Below are positions 1 to 12,713 of a stretch of DNA of 64,000 nucleotides, piece by piece. Under the pieces are notes generated by a model, which ran no database searches, was not told where the DNA came from, and saw nothing but the letters and a program-made list of their open reading frames with translations. Origin of the DNA: Octopus sinensis (taxonomy: Eukaryota). The stretch lies in contig NC_043004.1 in the NCBI RefSeq assembly GCF_006345805.1, positions 23,374,001 to 23,438,000 on the forward strand, read 5' to 3'. The translations under genes and the position numbers were made by a program. Within the stretch, counting starts at the first letter, position 1, and every line of letters begins with the position of its first letter.

Positions 1-139
1 TACATAACTTAGTGACGATGATTCTACTGCACCAGTGGCTCACTACCACACAACAGCACCGCTACCACAGTACTACACTTCTGCACTACCATCTTACTGC
101 AGAGTCTTAAAAATTATGATAAATTAGTTACAGTTGGAG

Positions 140-540
140 GAATTCTTCGGTTTGAACGGCAGTTTTTTCTAGCGGTTTCATATGAAATTGTCACCCATAA
201 TTATGACCCTAGTATCGATCTATTACATTTCAATCTATTTTAGGGTTAGGAGTGGGGGGAAGGGTATCTTTTTTTTCTTCAGAAATGTAAATAAACCCAA
301 TCTGTTTCTTAAACGAGGGACATATTCATACGGCACAGAATGTTTTTTGCCTCAATAGTGTCAGTGATTGGTTGAAATTGAAGAAAAAAAAACAACAAAT
401 ATCTTACAAACTATAGAATTTTCTCAAGAAAGCCAAGAGAAAAAGATGTTTTATAAACACATTCTACCAGTATACGAAGTTTAAAATTTTTTAGTTACCT
501 ATAAATTATGTTAAAAACTGCCGTTCAAACCGAAAATATC
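140..540. mobile_element. MITE with GGATCTTTTCG-type TIRs (family also at 22036, 30602, 32158)
   Basis: Left ggaattcttcggtttgaacggcagtttt is the near reverse complement of right aaaactgccgttcaaaccgaaaatatcc; internal blocks are shared with 32475-32620 and 32850-33040. Confidence 0.75.
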
Positions 541-1884
541 CCAGTTGGAAAGCATTTCATCAGAATTATCCCCATGATCGGGTCTTCACATGTGTGTGTG
601 TGTGTGTGTGTGTGTGTACAGGTCTATGCATGAACACACGCGCACACATAGATATACATACAGATGCGAACACACACACAAAGAGATTTAACAATAGAAA
701 CACAAATCATTGCCAAATGATTAACTTCTTGGAAGTAACATCCAAGTATAAGCAAGAGTTATTTCCCTTACATTGTTATCGAAATTTTAGATTGAACTTG
801 GTTCGACTTTTTCTTTTTTTTTTTTTAGATATCAGTTCTAAATGTTTATTGTGGATATCGTTCATCGTTTAACGTCCGTTTCCCGTGCTAGCACGGGTTG
901 GACATTTTGAATATATATCAAATACCTGACGTATTACAAACACCAATGTATAAATAATGTGAGCTAATGGGAATGTCAATGGAAAGCTATCTAAAGAGAG
1001 AAATTAAATCAGCATTTTTAATTGTGGACATATTAAATGGAGAGAAATAATTAGGTTGTAAGATAGACAATTATTTAAGTTTGTATCAACACACTTAATA
1101 CAGGAAACATTTAAACAGTGACAAGGAATAAATAAGTGGCGAGACAGAAACAGGAATAGAAAGATATTAACATAGTGGTGTCGTTGAGAAGCTTGCTTTG
1201 CAATCCCGCGAAGTTTCAGGTTCAGTCTCACTGCACTGCATATTGGGCAAATGTCTTCTGCTATAGCCTAGGTTCGACCAATGTCTTGCGAATGAATTTG
1301 GTGGACGGAAACCGTCATGTATATATTTAAAAAAAAAAAGAGCTAGACCAAAGGTCCTTCTTAAGCCATTTATGAGGCCAGTATCCCAGGTTCTGTGGTC
1401 TATATATTTCCTTTACCCCTGGATGGGACACCAGTCCATCATAGGATTAATCCCATTTGCTAACCGAGTAGACTAGAGTGACATGAAATGCAGTGTTTTG
1501 CTCAAGAATACAACACATCACTCAGTCCATGCACCTACAGTGTATATGTATGTATGCATGCATGCATTTATGTATGTATGTATGTATGTATGTATGTATG
1601 TATGTATGTATGTATGTATGTATGTATGTTTGTCTCTTCTATTTTTTAATTATTATAAATCTTCCACTGACGAGGGAGCCACTTTCCAACAAAGATACAA
1701 GGCTCCATCTTTGGGATGTAGTTAATAGACAAATTCACATTTGGAACTTGAGAAAAATCTTGCATATTTTTACTGTCCCACTCACAGATTGCACTTATAA
1801 TGTACGAATTTGCCGGTCAATTTCTCTTTGCCTTTCATCCTTTCAACTTTGCCTTTCATTCTTTCACAGTCAATAAATTATGTT

Positions 1885-2340
1885 CAGCACTGGGGTCGAT
1901 ATAATCAACTTAGCCACTCCACTAAACTTGCTGGCCTTGTGCCAAAATTTGAAACCAATATTTAGAAAGCTGGCAGAATTGTTAGCATGCTGGGCAAAAT
2001 GCTGAAGAGCATTTTGTCCATCTTTATGTTCTAAGTTCAAATTCCACCAAGGTCAACTTAACCTTTCATCCTTTCAGGGTCAATAAAATGAGTACAGGTT
2101 AAGGACTAGGGTTGATGTAATTGACTTACACCCTACCCCCAAATTGCTGGCTTTGTGCCAAAATTTGAAACTAATAACATTTTAATTATTATCGCAGCAA
2201 TCTGATAGAATCATTGGCATGCAAGGCAAAATGCTTAGTGGTATTTCATCTGTCTTTATGTTCAGAGTTCAAATTCTGCCACGGTCAACTTTGCCTTTTA
2301 TCCTTTTGGAATCAATGCCATTGACTTACCCCACCACCAC
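1885..2340 (+). mobile_element. Cluster of family-B SINE copies (probable Meta-domain tRNA-type SINE)
   Basis: Repeated gagctggcagaat..gagttcaaattc..ggtcaactttgcctttcatcctttc..gataaaataagtacc core. Confidence 0.75.
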
Positions 2341-2379
2341 CACCAATACACACCAATTACATACATCTAATGCAAAATT

Positions 2380-2474
2380 TTTTGTAGACTCCCAATTTAC
2401 TATTTTCTTATGTGGACCCCTAAAAACCTTTTACAGACCCTCAGGGGCATTATGGACCCCAGTTAAGAATCACT
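2380..2474 (-). mobile_element. hAT/Charlie-like MITE terminus
   Basis: Ends ggaccccagttaagaatcactg, the reverse complement of a CAGTG(A)TTCTTAAC-type TIR. Confidence 0.45.
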
Positions 2475-2572
2475 GTTCTAATGTTACAGTTCACTGACTA
2501 ACTGGAGTATTTTCTAGTGACAACATATTTATGCTCATAGTTACAGTTGACTGATTATTATATATATTCTGA

Positions 2573-2953
2573 CTAGCTATTTTGACCCGTGCTTTCTTCT
2601 TTTGTTCATCTTCTTTTCCTGGTTCTTTTTATTGCCCTCTTCTTTAACCCACTTTCCAAAATCCAACAAATTTTTACACCCACAATTAAAGATAACCACC
2701 TCTAGCCCCTGCAGCAACACAAAAGCCACCGTTATTCAAACAGTGCAATCTGTCTATCCCATAAAACTCAATTTTTCCCATATTCCTCACCATGGCAACC
2801 GAACGGTAGCCCCGAGCAACTTGCAACCCTCCTCACACCATTGCCCACCCCATTTTACCCCCAGTGTAAATTTTGGCACCAAACCGCTCCCATCCCAAAA
2901 TGAGACAAATAACCAAGAAATCAAACAACTTTTTCGCATTTCATCTTTATAGA
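2573..2953 (-). mobile_element. Non-autonomous Helitron
   Basis: On the minus strand: 5' TCTATAAAG at 2953, 3' CTAG at 2573, inserted between A and T; 5' region resembles the element at 53389-54182. Confidence 0.6.
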
Positions 2954-3023
2954 TATTGATGATGGCATATGGCTGTAGTAACATTACAGTTGACTGACTA
3001 ACTGTGAAACTTCTTCCTTTCAG

Positions 3024-3195
3024 AAATTTACCAAAAAGTAAAAGATGGATTGAAACCAGCATTCCGACCAACATTGGACTATTCCGAATGTCCATCTGAG
3101 GATCTCGTTAACTTGATAAAGAAATGCTGGTCTGAAGATCCAAATGATAGACCAGATATGCAGAGCATCAAACAACATATCAAGAAAATGAACAA
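3024..3195 (+). CDS. NPR1: Guanylyl cyclase exon (end of kinase-homology domain), 172 nt
   Basis: ttcctttcag acceptor with ACTAAC branch point at 2997-3002; FRP...[10 protein letters not shown] motif; AA|gtaaga donor. Confidence 0.95.
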
Positions 3196-5087
3196 GTAAG
3201 ATTTATGTAGTTTAATTCATATCTTATGCACAAGACTTTTTACTCATAGCTATGATTTAAGGTGCTAGACTACAGATCATGGGCTCTTAAGAAGTTCAAT
3301 TTTAGTCAATAAGTGTTAAGTTGCAGGTTAAACGATCACAATACTACAATACCATTGCTGTTTGAAAAGAATATTTTGATAGTGTTGTGGGGACGCCCTC
3401 AGACGATGATGTAGGCTAGCCCAATATGTAGATATAGAGGGAGAGGTCTAGACATCGAGGAGTTGAGTTGATTAGAGGTCATCCGAACGTGCAACATAAC
3501 AGTGGTGACGAGGATTTCGTAGCTCACACAACCACTGTGTAGTATTGCAATATAACAGATAGCTACCTTGGAGTACATACACACATACATACATACATAC
3601 ATACATACATACATACATACATACATACATACATACATACATACATACATACACATGTACATACATACATACACACACACACATACACACATACATACAA
3701 AGGGGAATCCAAACAGATCAAGCTGACCATATTAAAACCTGTGGGTCAAAAGAATATTGGTAGAACTAGAAAATTAAAACAGCCACCAAGTTGAAACACA
3801 ACTGGCCAGATATTGTTGTGTAGGACCACAAAGAAAAGGTATATTCCATTGTGGAAATCAGCTGCCCTCCCAAAACATGAACATGGTTAGCAAAATACAA
3901 GAGAAAGAGGACATCTATGGACCATAGATAAGGAGTTTGCAAATTCAGTACTCAAGACTCACGTTCAACTTCATACACATTATTATTGAAGTAACAAAGA
4001 GGTTGTCACAGTTCTAGGACAGCAACTCTTCACCCAATGAGATGGCATCTAGTGTACCACAGGGATCTGTTCTTGGCCCCCTTTTATTTGTTGCATATGT
4101 TAATGACATAGATGCCAACTTAAAGAATGCCACAGTGCTGAAATATGCAGATGACATCAAGTTGTACCTCGAAATAAAGAAGACAGATCCTGTACACTAT
4201 AGCTCTTTATTGCAATCAGACCTGAACACAATGCAGCGGTGGATCATGGACTGGCAACTCAAGCTGGCTGTGGACAAATGTACCACCATGCATTTTGGGA
4301 GGAAAAACCCAGTGTCTACTTACTCCCTCCACAACACTAATCTCAAAAAGTCTTCTTGTGAACGTGACCTGGGCATCATTTTCGACAGCGATTTGCATTG
4401 GTCAAAACACATTGCTAAGAAGGCTGAGGGTGTCTTGGCATCACTCACCAAGTCCTTTGTGAGCCGCTCTCCGGCTATCTATCTGCGGCTTTATATAGCT
4501 ATGGTGCAACCTCACCTGCAATTTGCATCACCGGTCTGGAACCCCTATCTTGCCCAGGATATTAATCGTCTGGAAGCCGTTCAGCGGCGTGCAACCAAGA
4601 GAATACCTTCAGTCAGGCATTTGCCATATTCTGAATGCCTTACTTCCCTGAGCATGGATACATTGAAACTCCGACATCTGGCAGCCACCCATAAAATTAT
4701 TAACCATCTTGCTAACAATAATTCTGAGCACCTTTTCAAACTCCACCTGTCTAACACCCGTAGACATGTCTAGAAAGTCAGAAAACAGCACAGCTCCCAT
4801 GACTTTCGGAAACATTTTTTCACGCTAAGAATTGCTGAAGCATGGAACAGACTGCCGGCATCAGTTGTTAGCTGTCGGAGCACTGCATCCTTCAAAACTT
4901 CCATGCTTCCAGAGATTCGCCAGCACTACACCTGATTTTCTCCCCTTCATACACACGCAAGCATGTATCTGACTCATATACTGTTCACTTCCCAGACATT
5001 TGTACATTACTGCATATGCTTTATACGCACTTTCACAAGTTGTGGTGCACCTGAGCACTGTATACAATAATTTCATTATTATTATTA

Positions 5088-5123
<36 letters not shown>

Positions 5124-5238
5124 TATTATTATTACTCAATAAAACGATAAAAGTTCTAAGTTGTATTCCATGGGTTTGCATTAAATGAATAAGTATCATA
5201 ATAAACTGTTATTTGCCCAGGGAACAGTGAGATCTGAA

Positions 5239-5269
<31 letters not shown>

Positions 5270-6837
5270 GTTTGACTTTTCCTTTACATTTGTACAAGTT
5301 GGCTCCAAGTCTCACCCAGAGACCTCAAGAGACAACAAGTTAGAAGTTCATGTTGGTGTTATGCCTACGGTGCCATATATTTGGTTTTTTACATAGTGTT
5401 GTTCTAGAGAATGTTTAAGAAACCATAAGAAAATTATGTGTTTGTATTAAATATTATTATTACTATTATTACTATTATTACTATTATTAGCTGGCAGAAT
5501 CATTAAGGCACCAGGCAAAATGTTTAGCAGCATTTTATCCATCTTTACATTCTGGGTTCAAATTCAGCTGAGGTCAATAGAATAAGTACCAGTTGAGTAT
5601 TGGGGTTAATGTAATTAACTTAACCCAACCTCTTCCAAATTTCAGGCCTTGTGCCTATAGCAGAAAGGGTTATTATTATTATTATTGAGTGAGAGAGCAG
5701 TTCATGCCATCAAAGTGACACTGGGGTAAAATATACGAAGCCCAATATACCCATCATGACTACCCGTCTGATAAAGGCACACCAGGCACATGCATCACAA
5801 CCATATGTGCGCGACATGGTGATCTCATATCAAGATAAACAGCACATGACCTTGCAGGTGGGGCCCAGTTAGAATTTTCTTCAGGTTGAGTAGCCCATCC
5901 CGCTCAAACGGTCCCTGAATAAGGGTTGTTTAAGGATGTTGAAAGAACCACCCATGTTTCCAGAGGTGAATTATTCAAACCCCAAAGAATCCCTCTCAAC
6001 ACATGGCTATGATGCTCCCCCACTACTTCTGCTCGTGATCAGAGATGCACATATCGTCAGCCACTAAGGGACATGCTCAACTGGTTAAGGTGAAACAACT
6101 GACAAGCAAATCTGTGGTATTGAGCAGAATATTTGCTGTAGCCCATCTTTTATACCAAGACAAAACAATGTACATGATAACACTTCCAATCAGTTAAGAT
6201 CAGAAGCCATGAGAGCCATTGCCTGGTACTGCATCAGGGCATTATCATTATTATTATTATTACTATTGAGTGAGAGAGCAGTTCATGCCATCAAAGTGAC
6301 ACTGGGGTAAAATATACAAAGCCCAGTATACCCATCATGACTATCCATCTGATAAGGATACACTAGGCACATGCATCACAACCATATGTGCGCAACATGG
6401 TGATCTCATATCAAGATAAACAGCTCATGACTTTGCAGGTAGGGCCCAGTTAGAATTTTCTTCTGGTCAAATAGCCCATCCCACTCAAAAGGTCCCTGAA
6501 TAAGGATTGTTTAAGGATGTTGAAAGAACCACCCATGTTTCCAAAGTTGAATTATCAAAACCTCTTAGAATTCCTTTCAACACACGGCTATGATGCTCCC
6601 CATTACCTCTGCTCATGATCAGATATGCACATATCGTCAGCCACCAAGGGACATGCTCAACTGGTTAAGGTGAAACAACTGACAAGCAAATCTGTGGTAT
6701 TGAGCAGAATATTTGCTGTAGCCCATCTTTTATACCAAGACAAAACAATGTACATGATAACACTTCCAATCAGTTAAGATCAGAAGCCATGCAAGCCACT
6801 GTCTGGTACTGCATCAGGGCATTTATTATTATTATTA

Positions 6838-6893
<56 letters not shown>

Positions 6894-9800
6894 TTAAACT
6901 ATTATTATCAGTTGGCAGACATCAACACTAATCAGCAAACAGTCTGGTCACTGAAGTTATAAACAATTATCAGTTCATTTAGATTCAAAGGGTTAGATAC
7001 TTCTGGCAAATGAGCCACTTGTCAAACACCAGTGTCATAAAATACTCATCAATAAGCTGAGTAGTTTTGAAAACATTATCATTGTCAAAAGAGGAAGATG
7101 ATCTCCTGTGACATAAACAACAGTGATTAGCATATTTGCATTATAATCTGCTGAAATATATTAAGAATAATTATATATCAGTTAATTGTTAAATATTTAT
7201 ATTTTCCTTTACTAAAATTATTAATTTTCTTTTATCATCAGAGACGGGGACAAAGGAAACCTTTTGGATAACCTTTTGTCCCGTATGGAACAATATGCCA
7301 ACAATTTAGAGGCATTGGTGGAAGAGCGAACTGGGGACTTTCTGGAACAGAAGAAACGAGCAGAAGACCTTCTTTACAGTATGTTACCAAAGTGAGTAAG
7401 TTTTTCAACTAGCAGTACATGAGGATAGATTGGCTGTCTTCTGACAGATTTCATTTCAGTGCAGTATGTGACCATCTGAGTAGACTGTGTTACAGAATGA
7501 CTATAAATATAGATTGTAAATAATCTATATTCAGTAGAGACAAAGAGACAGGTAGCCAGATGTTTCTTGAAGATTCACAGAGAGATGGGCAGGAGCCAGA
7601 TAGACATATGTGATCACTGAGATATAGAAATGCAAAATATATTTCCTTTGTTAAAATGAATAAAAAAAACTCTTGGTATATTTCTCAAACCAAGAATGGT
7701 AATGGTGGTGGCAGTGGTGGTGATGATGATGATGACGATGGCAATGATGATGATGATGATGATGATGATGACGATGGCAATGATGATGATGATGATGATG
7801 ATGATGACGATGGTAATGATGATGGCAATGATGATAATAATGATGATGGCAATGATGATAATAATGATGATAGCAATGATGATGATGATGATGACAATGA
7901 AGGTAATGATGATGATGGTGATGATGATGAGGACAACGATGATGAGGTTTAAAAAAATAATGTCAATAGAATTAAACAAAGCCACTGAATTATTTTATTT
8001 AAATTGTTTGAAAAAGTATTTTTCTAAGATTTCATCAAAGTCTAGTGATTTGTTGGATTCCGTTTTTTCTGTAATTACAGAAAAAACTGAATTAATCTGT
8101 TATTGACAACACAATTCATATCACGGTTTGAATTACTCATACAGATATAATATACATGTATGTATATGTGTGTAACATTTGGGAGGTGTTATATCATTTG
8201 TAAGTGAAAGCACATGGCTTAGTGGTTAGGGTGTTCAGCTCACAGTCGTAAGGTCATCAGTTCAATTCCCAGTGATGTGTTGTGTCCTTGAGCAAGATAA
8301 TTTATTTTATGTTGCTCCAGTTCACTGAGCAGGCAAAAATGAGTTGTATCTGTATTTCAAAGGGCCAGCCTTGTCACACTCTGTGTCTTGCTGAATCTCC
8401 CTTGGAATCATGTTAAGGTTAAACATGTCTATGGAATGCTCAGCCACTTGCATGTTAATTTCATGAGCAGGCTGTTCCATTAATTGGATCAGTTGGAACC
8501 CTCATTGTTGTAACCGACAGAGTGTCACATTCATTGATGTCATCTTTCTACAGAATTCAGTTTAGTTATTGTTGAAGTATGAATAGAGTAAGTGGGAAGA
8601 GTTGTCTTACCATCACATATGAAGACTATAGACTGTGTTACGCAGCAAATGTGCATGCACACACACACATGTGCAGATATCTGAGCCTAGATATCTTCAG
8701 TCATGTACCTATATCAGAAGTTATTATTTGCACTTTTGTGGAATGAGTTGTGCCCATAGCATCTCAGGTTCGTGGAGACAAGTGGGAACAATGTTGTTAA
8801 TGTCTTTCTTAGTAGTTGTAAGCTGATGACAGTAGGAATAACTTGGCTATGGAGAGAATTCTGGAAAACCAACATTCTGGAGAAGAAGAACTAGCTGAGG
8901 CATGTCAAGTGTTTCATATAAACTAACATATATTCTACATCAGTAAATCAGACATATAAGATAGTGACCTAGCAGAGTTATTATAACATAGCTAAAATGG
9001 TTTTGCAGCATTTCATACTACTCATGGTCTTCCAAGTTCTAAGAAGAACAAAAGATATATCATGGGATCAACTTATAAGAGTTTGTTTTCTGCAACAGTT
9101 TACTTCAGAAATCTGAAATATATCCAGTTTTTTTTTTGTTTTTTTTTTCATATATACCAAATTATCTTTAGTTGAGAAATGTCATTATTAAAACTATTTA
9201 TCTCATGAAATTGTCAAGTTCACTGAAGCAAATTGATTTGCAGAAAATACCAATTCTGTTGGTATTTGGTAGATATTTCACATCATGATCTGTAGTCAAG
9301 GTCTGGAGTCCAGCCGCTTAACTTACAGCTATTGGTTGACTCTAAGCAGTGATGTACATAAAATATGAATTAAACTACTACAATAAGATTTATTTTTTCA
9401 TTATTTTGATTTGTTGTCTGATGCTCTGCTTATCCAGTCTATCATTTGGATCTTCAGATTTTCAGATGAACATTCAGAATTGACCAATGTAAGCTGGAAT
9501 GCTGGTTTCAATTTATCTTTTGCTCTGTATTTTGCCTTCTTTCAGAGTCAATAAGTACTGGTGTCAATGTAATTGATAATTCCCCCATCTCTCTCTAAAC
9601 TTGTTTGCCTTGTATCAAAGTCTGAATCAATTTATCAGACATATACATTGCATAAGTACATCATAAATTTAAATGTATCCCACATCAGTGATATATAAGA
9701 CACATACACAAGGGTAATGTTTCAATGGAGAGGGTTCTGTATAAAAACAGAAACACACACATAGTTCACATGATAGATAGGTAGCTGGGCAGGTAAGAAG

Positions 9801-12655
9801 GCCAGCAGGAAGTAGGAGACAGGGAGACTTAACATCAACAACAATTCAGTCAAGGTTATCTTCAACTGTTCTATAAGAAAACTGCTTCCATTTTTGTGAT
9901 ATAGATATAGATGACTTATATCTCTCATTCTTTGGATAAACTGCTCTGGCAGAAATACACAAAATACTCTCCCAGCTCACATAACTCAAACCAAGTGAAT
10001 TTATATCTCAGCCAGATGTTTCATACCCATTACTTCCTGTTTGTTATTGATTGTGTTAGCAAAACAAAAAGTAACATTCCAATTATTATTATTCAATGTA
10101 GCTTTTGCACTCTTCTTTTTATCTGGTAAAGAATGCACATATATGTATCTATCTATGTGTTGTTATTGTTATTATAGTTCAACTAGCGTCGCCATACTAG
10201 CATTGGAATTGTTCAAATTAATATTGTTATCTGTCAAAAATCAGTAATTTTGTCACATTGAATGCAAATATTCTGTTGCATAATTAAATTTCTTTTTCTG
10301 CTGAGGTTTTATTTTTGTTTTCTTTCTGTACTATTTTGTGGTGAATATTGTTTGGTTTTGTTTTTTGTTTTTTCTGGGGGAACATATCTCTTTGTGTTGA
10401 ATATTGTTTTTCTAGAGATAACATCTTAAGTTGTAAACAGAATAAATTGCATTAAAAATGTTCTAAATTCAAAGACCTTATGTCATCATTAGTTTGGAGA
10501 GATATACAAAATATTTCAAAAGAATCCTCTGAAGAAAATTCTAGGGAAGGATCCCTTTTTTTTTTTATCCTTCAGTTCATCATCATCATCGTTTAGTGTC
10601 CGTTTTCTATGCTAGCATGGGTTGGACGGTTCTACTGGGGTCTGTGAAGCCAGAAGGCTTCATCAGGCCCAGTCAAATCTGGCAGTGTTTCTACAGCTGG
10701 ATGCCCTTCCTAACGCCAACCACTCCGTGAGTGTAGTGGGTGCTTTTTACGTGCCACCCGCACAGGTGCCAGACAGAGCTGGCATGCATAGTAAAAGGTT
10801 TGAAATTCCACGGGAGCAAACAGAAGCATGTCTGAAGAGGTGAAAACACAACAACAACAACAGTAGTAATAATGTTATTTCTGGCATAAATGTGTTATAC
10901 CTCATGCAGACTCAAGAAATCATGTCATAATTAAAGTGAAATGGCTACAATTGAGGAGCAAAAAGCACATTGTGAGATCCACTACCAAAAGTTTATGCTT
11001 TCTTAAGCATTTTACTGCAGAAATCAGATATTTATCTAGTTTTAAAGACCAATTTATCTTTTGATGAGGAATGTCATGGTTAAAATACTAACTAATTTAA
11101 GAAAAAATACTAATTTCATGACTCCAGCCATGTTGTACTGAGAAGCTCATAAGAAGGGTGAAATGGCACTATCTACAACTGCAAGGACTCTTAGAAAGAA
11201 AAGAAAATGGGTTATATGGGAAAATATTTCATATGTTCTCTCACTCAGAAGAAAAGGATTTCCTATAATTATTAAAAAAATATAAACCCTGGAGCAGTTC
11301 TCTCCCCTTAAAAGGAATCTTCACTCTCTCTTCTATTTCTAAGTAAATTCTCACTATCTCCCTCCCTCTCACTCTTTCTCTCTCACTCTCTTTTACTCCA
11401 AAAGCTACTATAGATGGCTGCAGCAACAGCCTCTAATCAAATTTTCCCACCAATTCTATTTTTTGGAAGATATTTAACATCATTACTAAAATAATTATGA
11501 AATTTAATTTTACATTAAACAGTTAAAGCAGTAATAGCAAACCAAATGGTTCTGGAGTGTCTTTTGTTGTAGTTATTTTGTTGTCTTTTTTTAGTCTTTA
11601 AAACTTTGTAAATCATTTCTCTATTCTCATGTGTTTTCAAATGTCTATGACTACTAGCACTAAACCAACTTCTCAACATTTCCTTTTCAAGGTCTGTCGC
11701 CGGGGCATTAATTCGGGGTGAAACTATTCAAGCTGAAGAGTTTGAAAGCGTAACCCTTTTCTTCAGTGACATTTGCGGTTTTACTGCAATGTCTGCAGAA
11801 AGCACTCCCCATCAAGTAAGTATACCATACCAAGTGTCCTATTTTCTTTCTGTTCCTTCCATTCTGATCTGTCTGGAGAAATTTTCAGAGAGGAGAGTGT
11901 TATTGTCTCTCATCTTCATTTTTTCTTTAATAGATAATTTCATTTCAATTGCCATATTACATTGTTTTATATTATATAATATATTTTACATTATAAGGTG
12001 GCGAGCTGGCAGAAATGTTAGCACGCCGGGCGAAATGCGTAGCCGTATTTCGTCTGCCGTTATGTTCTGAGTTCAAATTCCGCCGAGGTCGACTTTGCCT
12101 TTCATCCTTTCAGGGTCGATAAATTAAGGACCAGTTATGCACTGGTGTCAATATAATCGACTTAATACATTTGTCTGTCCTTATTTGTCCTCTCTGTGTT
12201 TAGCCCCTTGTGGGTAGTAAAGAAATAGGTATTTTGTCTGTCTTTACATTCTGAGTTCAAATTCTGCCAAGGTCGATTTTGCCTTTCATCCTTTTGGAGT
12301 TGATAAATTAAGTACCAGTTGCGTACTGGGGGCGATCTAATTGACTGGTCTCTTCTCAAAAATTTCGGGCCTTGTGCCTAGAGTAGAAAAGAATATATTT
12401 TACATTATATGTTACATTGAGTTTTATAATTAGTGCAATAACAAGCCGATGTTTATGAATGTATGTGCCAAATATAGCAGAAGGCATTGGCTGGTGTCAG
12501 GCTGTAGCAGAAGACACATGCCTAAGGTGGCATGCAGTGAGGCTGAACCCAAAACTACATGCCTGAGAGGCAAACTTGTTTTCTATATAGCCATACCTGT
12601 ACTTATCTCTCTCTCTCTATCTATCTATCCTCCTCTCTCTCTCTCTCTCTCTCTC

Positions 12656-12713
<58 letters not shown>

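Noticed and set aside
7614-8106. Poly-Asp, poly-Met, poly-Ser and poly-Ile ORFs
   Set aside because: All are frames of one (GAT)n microsatellite; no splice context or domain
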